DNA of 64,000 nt from the human T2T-CHM13v2.0 reference genome, Homo sapiens: the NCBI RefSeq assembly GCF_009914755.1, contig NC_060932.1. One strand, written 5' to 3'. The notes beneath the pieces were generated by a model, which ran no database searches, was not told where the DNA came from, and saw only the letters and a program-made list of their open reading frames with translations. A program made the translations under genes and the position numbers. Below, piece after piece: positions 10,400 through 28,630 of the stretch (position 1 is its first letter; the number at the start of each line of letters is the position of its first letter).

Positions 10400-11885
10400 A
10401 GTGACTTACCTATGTCACTGAACAAATCCCAAGAATACTTTCAGAAATAAAAAATATGCAGCACAGAAAAGGTAAATTCATAATATCTAATAACCCATCA
10501 AAATGTACCAGGCAAACAATCAAGCTGAAAAATACAACCCATAATGAGAGGTAAAATCAATTAATCAATTGAGACTATATATTTTACAGATAAAACACTG
10601 TAGACAAGATCATTAAAGTAATCACTGTAACTATAAACCATATGTACAATAAAACAGAGTGGAAATGAGCATATTAAGTAGAGAGATGGAAGATAAATAT
10701 CAAAATTACCCTCCAAAAGTTTCAAACACAATGTTTGAGATAAAAACTACACTAGGTGACATTAAGTACATAAGATTTTTGATAGAGTTGGTTAAATTCT
10801 CTATGATCTGAATGATTTTCTGTCTATCTGTTTCACTAATAATAAAACAGGGAAGCTGAATTCTTCTGTAATTGTAGGTGGTCTCATTTCTCATTTTTCC
10901 TCAGGTATCTTAAATTTCTCTTTTCAGGAGCATAAATATCTGGAAGTATTATTTCTTTTTGATTAATTGACCTATTTGCCATGTTGAAATAATACTCTTT
11001 ATTCCTGCTCTATTCTTTGTGCTGTGGTATCTATTATACTTTGCCTGATGTTATTACAGGCACTCCAGCTTGGTACATATGTCTTCCAATCCTTTGCTTT
11101 TAACTTAAATGTTTCATTATATAACTGGTTACTTTTGTTATATAACTGGTTATTTAACTGGTTAAAGTGTGTTTATAATAGGCAGCATTTTGATAAATAT
11201 TGCTTTTATATCCTATTTGGCAATCTCTTATATTTAACTGAAGTATGTAGATCATTTTCCTTTAATGTAATTATTGATAATGGTTAGGTTTAAATCTGCC
11301 ACCTGATATGTCTACTCTTTTTCCTTTTTTGTTCTCATTTCTCTATAGTCGTTTTTTATTTTTTGAGAGTGAGTGTGAATATTTGTGTGTGTGTTTAGTG
11401 TATACTATAGTGGCAATCAAAATTAAACAAAACAAAATATGGCTTTCAAGTGATATTAAATTGCCATATATATAAAATAAGAATCTTGAAATAGTATGCT
11501 TCCATTTCTCTCACCTTGGCTTTTGTGTTTTGTTATTCTATCTTCTAATTTTATTTATGTTATAAACTCCAAAATACAGTACATAACATTTATTTAAAGA
11601 GTCAACAATTTTTAAAAGAGATTTAATAAGAAATAAACATCAGAAAATAAACAGCAAAACAAATCCAAAACAATGTAAAGTAAAAAGACCAGTGTGAATC
11701 AAATAAAGAGAAAACAGAAAAATAACAGAGAAAATCAATGAAACCAAAAACTAGTCCTTTCAGAAGAAAAATAAAATTGATGAACTTCTAACGAAGCACC
11801 TGGGAAAAACCTAGAACTAACATCATACTTAATAATAAAAGACTGTATGATTTCCTACCACTCAGGAACAAGGTAAAGATATCTT
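10400..11885. mobile_element. Ancient L1M remnant with an internal inversion (+ about 10400-10775, - about 10776-11620, + about 11630-11885)
   Basis: The - strand ORF 10706..10894 (IISETDRQKIIQIIENLTNSIKNL) resembles the ORF2 endonuclease region. The + strand AAAATCAATGAAACCAAAAACTAG...AAAATTGATGAACTTCTA is ORF2-like. Confidence 0.6.
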
Positions 11886-13443
11886 TTAGATGAGGGGTTA
11901 GAGAAAAATAATCAGGATAATTATTCATAATATTAAATACCCTAAAATCTGTTTTCAACTCACTTACTGATCCAAATTACCTACATTAAAAATTATAGAT
12001 GGATGATACAATGCAGATAGATAGATAAATTCAGTTTGTTCTTGCTGTTTCAGAAATGACTAAAAATAATACTCCACTTTTAACAAAGTCGTGATTTTAA
12101 AAGTGCTAGATAAAATGCTATTATCTTACCTAAAATCTGATGCAAAAGCAGAGAAAACCATTTAGCTCCTCCTCTCTTTCCTTCTCTGTCTAAAACAAAG
12201 TGATTTAGTGAAAACACAATCTCCTGAAAGAATAAAGACCTTGGTCTTACTCTGAGCATTGGCATTAAATTTGATACCTAAGTATATAAGCTCATTTATC
12301 TGGTTTCAGTTTTCTAATTTAAAATATAAAGAAGTTAGAGTAAACAGTGCTTGTAAAACTAAAGTCTCAGAGTAATCAGTGGACATATTCCTCCTGACTT
12401 ACAATTCCTACCTCAGAGTTTTATTCTTTTAAGAATATCAGCATTTTTCGGGTTCCAAGATGGCCGAATAGGAACAGCTCCAGTCTGCAGCTCCCAGCAT
12501 GAGCAACACAGAAGACCAGTGATTTCTGCATTTCCAACTGAGGTACCAGTTCCATCTCACTGGGGCTTGTCAGACAGTGGGTGCAGCCCACGGAGCGGGG
12601 TAGGGCATCGCCTCACACGGGAAGCACAAGAGGTTGGGGAATTCCCTCTCCTAGCAAAGGGAAGCCATGACAGATGGTACCTGGAAAATCAGGACACTCC
12701 CACCCTAATACTGCGCTTTTCCAATGCCCTTAGCAAACTGCACACCAGGAGATTACATCCAGTGCCTGGCTCAGCGGGTCGCATGCCCACAGACCCTCGC
12801 TCACTGCTAGCACAGCAGTCTGAGATCGAACTGCAAGACAGCAGCGAGGCTGGGGGAGGGGCGTCTGCCCTTGCTGAGGCTTGAGTAGGTAAACAAAGCA
12901 GCCAGGAAGCTCGAACTGGGTGGAGCCCACCACAGCTCAAGGAGGCCTGCCTGCTTCTGTAGACTCCACCTCTGGGGGCAGGGCATAGCTGAACAAAAGG
13001 CAGCAGAAACTTTTGCAGACTTAAAAGTCCCTGTCTGACAGCTTTGAAGAGAGTAGTGCTTCTCCCAGCACAGAGTTTGAGATCTGAGAACAGACAGACT
13101 GCCTCTTCAAGTGTGTCCCTGACCCCCAAGTAGCCTAACTGGGAGATACCTCCCACTTGGGGCCAACTGACACCTCATATAGCTGGGTGCCCCTCTGAGA
13201 TGAAGCTTCTAAAGGAATGATCAGGCAGCAACATTTGCCGTTCTGCGATATTTGCTGTTCTGCAGCCTCTGCTGGTGATACCCAGGCGAACAGGGTCTGG
13301 AGTGGACCTCCAGCAAACTCCAACAGACCTGCAGCTGAAGGTCCTGACTGTTAGAAGGAAAACTAACGGAAAGGACATCCACACCAAAACCCCATCTGTA
13401 TGTCACCATCATCAAAGATCAAAGGTAGATAGAAAACACAAAG

Positions 13444-14465
13444 ATGGGGAGAAACCAGAGCAGAAAAGCTGAAAATTCTAAAAATCAGAGTGCCCCTTCT
13501 CCTCCAAAGGAACGCAGTTCCTCGCCAGCAATGGAACAAAGCTGGATGGAGAATGACTTTGACGAGTTGAGAGAAGAAGGTTTCAGATGATTGGTAATAA
13601 CAAACTTCTCCGAGCTAAGGAGGACGTTTGAACCCATCACAAAGAAGCTAAAAACCTTGAAAAAAGATTAGACGAATGGCTAACTAGAATAACCAGTGTA
13701 GAGAAGACCTTAAATGACCTGATGGAGCTGAAAACCATGGCATGAGAACTGCGTGACACATGCACAAGCTTCATTAGCCAATTCGATCAAGTGGAAGACA
13801 GGGTATCAGTGATTGAAGATCAAATGAATGAAATGAAGTGAGAAGAGAAGTTTAGAGAAAAAAGAGTAAAAAGAAACCAACAAAGCATCCAAGAAATATG
13901 GGACTATGTGAAAAGACCAAATCTACGTCTGATTGGTGTACCTGAAAGTGACAGAGAGAATGGAACCAAGTTGGAAAACACTTCAGGATATTATCCAGGA
14001 GAACATCCCCAACCTAGCGAGGGAGGCCAACATTCAAATTCAGGAAATGCAGAGAACACCACAAAGATACTCTTTGAGAAGAGCAACTCCAAGACACATA
14101 ATTGTCAGATTCACCAAGGTAGAAATGAAGGAAAAAATGTTAAGGGCAGCCAGAGAGAAAGGTCGGGTTATCTACAAAGGGAAACCCATCAGACTAACAG
14201 CAGATCTCTCGGTGGAAACACTATGAGCCAGAAGAGAGTGCGGGCCAATATTCAACATTCTTAATAAAAGAATTTTCAACCCAGAATTTCATATCCAGTC
14301 AAACTAAGCTTCGTAAGTGAAGGAGAAATATAATCCTTTACAGATAAACAAATGCTGAGAGATTTTCTCACCACTAGGCCTGCCTTACAAGAGCTCATGA
14401 AGGAAGCACTAAACATGGAAAGGAACAACCAGTACTAGTCACTGCAAAAACATGCCAAATTGTAA
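13444..14465 (+). pseudogene. Disrupted L1 ORF1 (RNA-binding chaperone)
   Basis: ATGGGGAGAAACCAG at 13444. Peptides KRPNLRLIGVPE and TPRHIIVRFTKVEMKEKMLRAAREKG lie in different frames, with in-frame stops. Confidence 0.92.
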
Positions 14466-14528
14466 ACACCATCAATACTAGGAAGAAACTGCATCAACTA
14501 ACGAGCAAAATAACAAGCTAACATCATA

Positions 14529-18353
<3,825 letters not shown>

Positions 18354-18570
18354 ACAATGAGAACACTTGGACACAGGGTGGGGAACATCACACACTGGGG
18401 CCTGTCATGGAGTGGGGGGGAGAGAGGAGGGACAGCATTAAGGGATACACCTAATGTAAATGATGAGTTAATGGGTGCAGTACACCAACATGGCACACGT
18501 CTACATATGTAACAAACCTACACGTTGTCATGTGTACCCTAGAACTTAAAGTATAATTTAAAAAAAAAAA

Positions 18571-18942
18571 GTTGATCTCATAGAAGCAGACAGTACAATA
18601 GTGGTTAATAGAGGCTGGAAAGAGTAGTGGGGGAAAGGGGATATGAAGAACTTGGTTAACCAAAACAAAATCACAGGTAGATAGGAAGAATAAGTTTAGT
18701 GTTCTGTAGCACTGTACAGTGATTATAATTAACAATAATTTTTTGTATATTTTCAAATTGCTACAAGATTTTTAATGTCCCCAACACAAGGAAATAATAA
18801 ATGTCTGAGGTCATAGATATGCTAATTATCCTGATTTGGTCATTATGCATTGTATACAAATGTTGAAATATCACATTGTACCCCATAAGTATATATAATT
18901 CTTGTTTAATTAAAAATAATAATAAAAGTTTTAAAACCCCCT
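18571..18942 (+). mobile_element. L1MA6/7-like 3'UTR fragment lying inside the L1PA5 TSDs (transduced)
   Basis: GTTGATCTCATAGAAG...TAGATAGGAAGAATAAG...GATATGCTAATTATCCTGATTTG...TGTACCCCATAA. AATAAA at 18921-18926. Confidence 0.85.
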
Positions 18943-20080
18943 AAAAAAAGAATATCAGCATTTTTGTATTATCTGTAAGATGCTTCATAACCCACAACAA
19001 ACATGAATTTGAGAACTCATAGTTCCATCTGTACTTATGCCAAGCAGTATCTCATTAACTGAAATAGTCTGGCAAAAACAGTTCATGGAATAAAATGCAA
19101 ACAATTTCTTCCCACCAATTGAAGAATAACACATATCAAGACAAGCAGTAGACATAAGATTTCACAGGAGTACTAGATAAAATTGTGAGAGAATTGAGCC
19201 TTCCCATATATTAGTATAGGCAATATAAATATGCCGAAGAAAAAATAATATGTAATAATTCAGGATCATTTTCAGCTTTTACAAGTTTGAGACAAAATTG
19301 AATTTTAGCAAAAGAACCACATGTAACATATTAAAATCATCTGTCACTTATCACATTAGTATTATTAATCTGAGGTCCTCAATACAATTTTATTTTATTA
19401 ATTTGTCTTGGTAGTATAATTTTATTGGAGCTTAGAATTATACTAATTTTATGTTTATAAATATTTAGAAGATAAAAATTATTTAGGTCAACACCAAAGA
19501 AACTACAAGAATTTTGTTTGCTGCTTTTAAATTTCATAAATCACCCAATCTAAGAAACATTGATTTAAATATTCTCTAAGATTCTTTTCTCCTCTAAAGT
19601 ACTATGACATTCACCTCTCCCTACATATATACCACATATAACCACTAGACATCAGCAAGACACTTGAATTAAACGTGATTTTCTTTATCTTCCTCCTGTT
19701 CTCCATGAAATGTAGGATTAGAAGAAGTCTGTTATATCTACGCAATATATTTAAACTACCAACCTTTTAATCAAATGCTCTAGGAAATTTTCTACACCTC
19801 TCCCTAATCTTTGCTTTATCCATTTTTTTCTATTATAATGCAACTCTATTCTTTTGCTTTATCTTTGTTATAACAGCACACACACACATACACCCACTCA
19901 CATGCCTCACTACCTATTTGTAATACTGTTGAGCTAAAAATTTAGTAGGTAATATGGAAATGATGGTAAAAAATGAAATTTGTGTATATTTAATAGATTG
20001 AGATTGATCAACCGGCTTTAGAAAAGTAAATCTAGTAAGAGTGGAATCATGAAACAAAAGAGGAAAGACTGAAAATAACA

Positions 20081-20277
20081 ATATTTAATATTTACTGAAC
20101 ATTTACTATGCCCTGATAACTTTTCTAATCATTTTTATAAGTTATTTTTTAATGCTCGTAAGACTCCATGAGGAAGATGTATTGGTCACTCCATTTTGCA
20201 GATGAAGAAAATTAGAGACTCAATCACGCTGCTAATTAAAAGCAAAGCTAGACTTTCCAGCCAAAATATCTGACTCT
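20081..20277 (-). mobile_element. MIR
   Basis: CCATTTTGCAGATGAAGAAAATTAGAGACTC is the reverse complement of the MIR core. Confidence 0.75.
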
Positions 20278-20299
20278 CATCTATTATTTCCAGATCACT

Positions 20300-20750
20300 C
20301 TAGAGGTATGATATAGTACAAAGTCAGATGAAGAGATCCTACATGAAGACAGTGGCAATGAGTTACAAGAAAGAGTAATATGAGTTAGAAAGATACTTGA
20401 GGTAAATCGAGAGGATGTTTTTACTGACCAACAATAAGACCTTACATTAAAGGATGTATTAACTCAGAGAATTTCAGCTTAGATAGTTGAATGGATATGT
20501 TTGTCATTAATCAAAATGAAGAATTCAGTAAGAAAAGTAGGTTTAAAATGGTGGTAGCTAATGAGCTTTGATTTGGGTTTCTGCAAAAGCATTCTGATTT
20601 AACAGTTATTTAGTGAGTGCCTACTATGTGTCAGACACTATTCTAGGCAATTGAAGTCTATCAACTAACAAAAACAAAATTCTCTGTCCTTCTGGAGCTT
20701 ACATTTTTATAGGAAGAGATGGACAATAAAAAACAATCACCATAAATAAG
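20300..20750 (-). mobile_element. L2 fragments
   Basis: TTTAACAGTTATTTAGTGAGTGCCTACTATGTGTCAGACACTATTCTAGG...TGTCCTTCTGGAGCTTACATT is the reverse complement of the L2 3' end. An L2-like purine-rich piece precedes it. Confidence 0.7.
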
Positions 20751-22891
20751 TTTTAGATGGAGAGGAGCTGCATCTTCAATGCCATTTAAAAGAACCAACT
20801 TAGATGGAGCAAGATGGCAAGTGGGGCTCTCCAGCAGTCATCTCTTGACAGAAACCTCAATTCCAACTGTTCATGCATGAAATTATCTTCACAAAAGCTA
20901 CAGAAATCTGAACAAACAAGCAAAGCTGTAAAACCTCCTTGGACTACAAAGACATGTAAATCTGTACTTGGACAATAGGGGGATTGATTCTCTATGACTA
21001 TACCACTTCCCCTGAGCCATTATGATACCATATGTGGAAAGTTCCCTTGTACTTATGGTTTCTACACTAGAAAAAGTGAGATGGAGGCAGGCTTTAGCTT
21101 TCTGACCATCCTGGGTCCCTCTGCTGGAGACTGGTTCTTGCATTAAACTATGAGAAGCATGCAAAAACTGACAGAGCTGAACCATCTGAGGCCAGCTAGG
21201 GACAAAGAGAGAAGGTAAGTCTAGCAGCTGCCAGTGCACAAAATTTTACACGACTCTAGGAGTTGACAGTGCACAAAATTTGACAGTGACTCTTCATACT
21301 TGCCAGAAGAGATGCCACAACAGAGAGGCTGTTTAGGGGCACCTTGCTGCAGGAAGCATGGTCCACAGATCTTCTGGACTTGAAGACCTGGCTAGCTCTC
21401 CCACATGGCCCAGGTACCCTCCATTGATGTCCCATGGACACATCCTGGTAATACATTGCATTAGCAGCAGAAACATCACAAGATTCATATGTAACCTGGG
21501 CTTAGGGCCCCTTTAAGTGCTAAATAGAATGTGACAGTCAGCTCAGAACTTGTCAACAAGCCAACTAAAATAGAAAAGTCACAAATTTTGGCCACAGATA
21601 CTGGAACGCATACCTGATTCATCAATGCATAGGCAGTGATGAATATTTGCAAGGAATAAGAAAAGCCTAGAAGAGATGGCCTAACCAAATGGACAAAACA
21701 AAGAACCAGCAACTGAACAAAAGACAGACAGATGAATGCACTGGCAGACAAAGTATTCAAAGTGGTTGTTTTAAGGAGACTCAGTGAATTTCAAAAAAAA
21801 AAAAAAAAACACACACAGAAAAACAATTCAGAAGTTTAGCAGAGAAATTTAAAAGAGAGATTGAAATATAAAATAAATTCAGAAGCATTAAAGTTCAATA
21901 AGCCAAATGAAAATGCAATAAAGTCAACAGCAGAACTGATAAAACTGAAGAAATAATTTGTGACTTTGAACATAGACTTTGTGAAAATACAGTCAGTGGA
22001 GAATAAAAGAAAAAAAGAATGAGGGAGAACGAAGAAAATGTATAAGATCTATGGGACACCACCAAAAAGCGTAATTCTACATGTCATTGTCTTTTAAAAA
22101 GCACTAGAGAATGAAAATGTTGAATAGCTTATTCAAAAAAATGAGAAAACTTTCCAAACCTAGAAAAAAATAAAAATATCCAGATACGAAATATCAAAAG
22201 TCACCAGTCATATTTAATCCAAATAAGATAACATCAAGGCATATTATTATCAAACTCTCAAAGATTAAAGACAAAGAGAGAATTCAGAAAGCAGCAAGAG
22301 ACAAAAAGCAAGTGACACATATAAGGGAATTCCAATATGTATGGCAGCAGACTTCTCAGCAGAAACCCTACAGGCGAGGAAAGAGAGACATGATAAACTC
22401 AAAGTGCTGAAGGAAAAAAGCAACCTCTCAACTGAGAATACTGTATGCAGCAAAGCTATACTTCAGAAATAGCTTTGGAGAGATAAATACATTTCCAGAC
22501 AAATAAAATTTAAGGGAATGGGTTGCAACCTGACCTGCCATACGAGAAATGCTGAACAGAGTTCATTGAACTGAAAGAAAAGGACACTGGTGTGTCATGC
22601 AAAAGCAGCATCCAAAGGTACAAAACCCATAAGTAAAAGTAAGTATCCAAATGCAGAATAAGCTAACATGGTAAACCACTTATATCTTTAGTAGAGAGAT
22701 TAAAAATAATAATAATAATAGCTACAATAACTTGGTAAGAGATAAGAAATATAAAAAGATATAAATTAGACATCAAAAACTCAAAATACAGGGAGCAAGA
22801 GTGTTTAAGGCAGAGTATTTTTGTTTAATTTTCTTAACAAATTAAATTGTTAATCAGTTTTAAATCACCTGTAAACTATAAGATGTTCTTT

Positions 22892-23252
<361 letters not shown>

Positions 23253-26200
23253 TTAATAGATACACTAAAAATAAAAAGCATAAAGTCAAAACATAACAGA
23301 GAAAATTACTTAGCCACAAAGGAAGACAGTAAGTGAAAAAGAAAGAATCTATAAGACATCTAGAAAACTAGTAACAATATGTCAGTACGAAGTCCTTACC
23401 TATCAACAATTACTTTGAATATAAATGAATTAAATTCTTCAACTAAAAGATATAGAGTGGCTAAATGGCCTTTTTAAAAAAGCCAAGATTCAATTACATG
23501 ATCATAAGCCAACTACAAGAGACTCACTTCACCTGTAAGCATACACATAGATTGAAAGTGAACAGATGGGAAAAAATATTCTGTGCAAAGAAAACCAAAA
23601 AAAAAGCAAGATTAAATATACTTATTTTAAATAAAGTAAACTACAAGTCAAAAACTATAAAAATAGACAAACATGGCAATTAATAATAAAGGGTCAATAA
23701 AAGAGTATATCACAATTATAAATACACATTCACCCAACATTGAAGCACCTAATCAAATAACACAAACATAAATAGATCTGAAAGAAGAGATAGAGTAATA
23801 CAATAATACCATAAGACTTATTACATTAATAAGATCATCCAGATAGAAAATCAACAAAGAAACATCAGTTGTAAAACTCACTCTGGACAAAATTGACCTA
23901 ACAGATATTTATAGGGCATTGTATCCAACAGCTGCAGAATTCACATTTTTCTAAATTGCACATGGAGCATCCTCAAAATAGATCATATGTTAGGCCATGA
24001 AATAAGTCTTAAATTAAAAAAAAAATCAAAATCATAACAAGGATCTTTTTGAATTAAAATGGTGGAAAAAATAGAAATCAACAACAGGAGGAACTTCAGA
24101 AACTGTACAAATACATTAAAATTAAATAACATGCTCCTAAACAATCAATGGGTCAATAAAGAAATTAAGAGAAACCGTAAAATGTTTTAGATATATAAAA
24201 ATGAACACACAACATACCAAAACTTATAGGATACAGCAAAATCAATTCTAAGAGGGAAGTTTATAGCAATAAACACAACAACAAAAATAATCTCAAACAA
24301 CCTAATGGTGCATCTCAACAAACTTGAAAACAAGAATAAACTAAACCCAAAATTGCTAGAATAAAAGAAATAATGAAACTTAAAAAGAAATACAGAAGAT
24401 CAACAAAACAGTTGCTATTTTGAGAAAAACAAAATTGAAACACCTTTAGCTAGACTAAGAAAAAAAAAAAGAAGACTCAAATAAATAAAATCAGGGACAT
24501 TAAAGGAGACATTACAACTGATACCACAGAAATACAAAAAATGATAAGATGCTAAGCAATTATATGCCAACAAATTGGAAAACCAAGAAGAAATGGATAA
24601 ACTTTTCAGCACATATAATCTACCATGACAGAATAAAAAAAAGGGAATCTGAACAGATCAACAATGAGTTAAGAGATTGAAGCAGTAGTAAAAAGTCTCT
24701 CATCAAACAAAATTCCAAGATCTGATTGGCTTCACTGCTAAATTCTACAAAACATTTAAAGAGTAACAAATACTAATTTTTCACAAAATATTCCAAAAAC
24801 TTGAAAAGGAAAGATTTCTTCCAAACTCATTCTACAAGGCATTACCCTGATACCAAAACCAGACAGGGATACAGCAACAAAATTATTGGCCAATATTCCT
24901 GATAGATATGGATTCAAAAAATTCTCAAAAAATTATATGCAATCATAATTCAATAGCACATTTAAAAGATCATTTACAATTATCAAGTGGGATTTATCCG
25001 AGGTATGCAAGGCTGGCCTTACATATACAAATCAATAAATGTGATACATCACCTAAACAGAATGAAAGGTGAAAACCATAAGATCATTTCCATAGACACT
25101 GAGGAAGCATATGACAAAATTCAACAGAACTTCATGATAAAAACTCTCAACAAATTAAACACAGAAGGAATTTACCTCAATATAATAAAGGTTATATATG
25201 ATAGACCAACAGCCAACATTACAGTAAACAGAGAAAAGTTGAAAGCCTTTCCTCTGCAATCTGGAGCAAGACAAGAATGCTCATTTTCACCATTTTTATT
25301 CAACATAGTACTGGAAGTCCTAGCCAGAAAATTGACAAGAGACAAAATAAACAAATAAAAGACATCAAAAATGGAAAGAAGGAAGTCAAATTCTCCCTAT
25401 TTGCAGACAACATGATCTTATATGTAGAAAACCCTAAAAAATATATAACTAATAAACAAATACAGTAAAGTGGCAGCACACAAAATCAACATGAAAAACT
25501 TAGTAGCATTTCTATTAGCTAATAAAAAACTAACTGAAAAAGAAATCAAGAAACAATCTCATTTGCAATAGCTACAAAAAATAAAATGTCTAGGAATACA
25601 TTTATCCAAAAAGGTAAAAGATCTCCACCATGAAAACTATAAAGGATTAATGAAAGAAATTGAAGAAGATGCAAATAAATAGAAAGACATCTTGTGTTCA
25701 TGGACTGGTAGAATTATTATTGTTAAAACATCTATAACTACCCAAATATATCTGCAGATTCAATGAAATTTCTATTAGAGTTCTATTGTCATTTTTTACA
25801 GAAATAGAAAAAAAGAAAATTCTAAAATTTATATGGAACCACAAAATACCCTAAATAGCCAAAGCAATCTTTAACAGAATAAACAAAGCTGGAGGCATCG
25901 CACTGATTTCAAAATATACTACAAAGGTATAGTAACTAACACAACATCATACAGGCATAAAAACAGACACATAAGCCAGCGAAAGAAAGGAGAGAACCCT
26001 AAAATAAATCCATGCATTTATACAGCCAAATGACTTACAACAATGGTGCCAAGAATATACAATGGAGAAAGGACAGTTTCTTTGCTGGATGATGCTTGGA
26101 AACTGGATATGCATATACAAAGAATGAAACTACACTCCCATTTCTCATCATGTACAAAAACCAGTGCAAAATGAATTAAAGACTTAATTGTAAGACCAAT

Positions 26201-26954
26201 AACTATAAAACTATTAGAATAAAACATAGTGAAAATATTACATGACATCAGTCTGGCAAGGATTATTTTAGACAAGATGTCAAAAGGACAAACAACAAAA
26301 GCAAAAATAAACAAAAAGTTTGCGCCAAACTAAAAGCTTCTGCACAGCAAAGAAAACAATAAACAGAATGAAGAGACTAGCTAGATATGTGGGAAAATAA
26401 TTGCAAATTATACATCTAAAAATGAGTTAATATCCAGAATTTCTTAGGAACCCAAACAACTCAAAGCAGTAATAATCATCATCATCATTATCTGTATACG
26501 AAATGGACAAAAGACCTGAACATATTTTCTCCAAAGAAGACATACAAATAGCTCACAGGTATATGAAGAAATACTCAACATCACTAACCATCAGGGAAAT
26601 GCATATCAAAACCACAGTGGGATATCACCTCACCCCAGTTAGAATGACTACTATTGAAAAATTTAAAAATAGCAAATGCTGAAGAGGATGTATGAAAAAA
26701 AGAACTCTTGTGTACTTTGGGGAATGTAAATTAGTATGAACATTATAGAAAATAGTATGGAGCACCCTCAAAAAATTTAAAATAGACCTAGATATAAAAC
26801 AGCAACCCATCTTATGGGTATATACCCAAAGGAAATAAAATCAGTATGTTGAAGAGAGATCTGTACTTTCATGCTTAGTGCAGCACTATTCACAATAGTA
26901 AATACATGAAATCAATGTAAATGCCCATCAATGGATGAGTGGGTAGAGGAAATG

Positions 26955-26956
<2 letters not shown>

Positions 26957-27011
<55 letters not shown>

Positions 27012-27027
27012 TATATATACACACATA
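26957..27027. repeat. (TA)n/(CA)n compound microsatellite in the L1MA 3' region
   Basis: Long TATATA run followed by CACACA. Confidence 0.95.
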
Positions 27028-27744
27028 TGCAACAGAATATATTTAGCCATAAAAAGATGAATTCCTGTAATTTTGCAATAGCATGGATGAGCCTGGAGGA
27101 CATGTTAAGTAAAATAAGCCAGACACAGAAAGACAAATACTCCATGTTCTCATTCATGTATGCAATCTAAAAATTTGATCCCATAGAAGTTGAGAACAGA
27201 ATAATGATTACCAAAGACTGGGGAGAACAGAAGGAGAAGGATATGGGGAGAGGCTAGTCAACAGATACAGTATTACAGTTATGAGGAATATGTTCTCATA
27301 CCTTACTGCACAGTAGGGTGACTATAGTTAACAATAATGCATTGTATTTTCCCCATAGCTAGAAGACTTTGAATGTTCTCACAAAAAAGAAATAATAAAT
27401 GTTTAAGGTGATAGATATAAGTACCATGACTTGATTATATTATACGTACATTTATCAAAACATCACATTGTACCTCATAAATAGGCATAATTATTCCTCA
27501 ATAAAAAAATAAAGAACCAACCTACTTCACAATCATAATTATCATCTTTCTTACATCTGTTGCATGCAATAGATACCATGCTCCAAATAAATTAACTCCC
27601 TCATCTACCTCATCACAGATAGTCATAGGTAAAATGTTTAGTAATTGCCATGCCAATTTACCTTTTTGCTCATAATATTGTCTTAGCCAGACAACGTGGA
27701 AGCTGAGCCTAAAGATAAGCTTACATGCTAATGCTCTAGTCTGT

Positions 27745-27930
27745 AGTATCTCAAGTCTGGTCTGCCCAACAGGTCCATCTGCATTGCCTTGGAACTTGTA
27801 AAAATGGCAAGGTCTTGGGCCCCACTGCAGATATATTGAATCAGAATGTCTAAGGACAAGCCTTGACATGGGTACTTTAAAAGTTCTTCAGGTGATTCTT
27901 TCATTTACTAAAGCATGAAGGATAGTGCTT
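27745..27930. mobile_element. MER5A/B (hAT-Charlie), possibly within an LTR16-like remnant (about 27680-28010)
   Basis: GAACTTGTAAAAATG...TGGGCCCCACTGCAGATATATTGAATCAGAA...CAGGTGATTCT motifs. Confidence 0.65.
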
Positions 27931-28349
27931 TATAGGATGATACAGTTAAAGTAATGGAGAACTGAGGCAGGGAGGGAAAGGAAGCAATATAAAGCTGCAC
28001 AATAAGATCAGCCAGTTGTTTTGTCTGCAAAATACAGCTCCAAACAAGCTTTACAGAAACCCTAATCCATTGAAAGCATAAAAACTTCTCTCTTACCTTT
28101 TTCTCTCATTGCTCAAACTTGACCCCATGGTTTATTGCTTCTGCGGCACACCAGGTCCCTTCATGTGGCTACTGTGAAAAGTATACCCCATTCCATAAGT
28201 GTGAAAGTAGTAGGAGGGGCAAAATGTATGCTCTGCAATTTTTCAGATTACATCCAAGCATGTTTCCTTATTTGTACATTTTATTTTTTCGTTTTATCTT
28301 ATTTCTGAAAAAAGATGAGAATTTTGTAAAATGAAATAAAAAGGCATTC

Positions 28350-28630
28350 TTTTGTTTTTCTGGAGACAGAGTCTCATTCTATCCCCCAGGCTGGAATGGA
28401 GTGGCATGATCTCGGCTCACTGCAACCTCTGCCTCCCAGGTTCAAGCGATCCTCATGCCTCAGCCTCCTGAGTAGCTAGGATTACAGGCGTCTGCCACCA
28501 TGTCCAGCTAATTTTTGTATTTTTAGACGGGGTTTCGCCATGTTGGCCAGGTTGGTCTCGAACTTCTGACCTCAGGTGATCTCGCTTCCCAAAGTGCTGG
28601 GATTACAGGCGTGAGCCACCGTGCCCGGCT
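28350..28630 (-). mobile_element. AluS (Sx/Sz-like)
   Basis: Reverse-complement Alu ending GAGCCACCGTGCCCGGCT, flanked by the duplicated CATTCTTTT. Confidence 0.95.
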
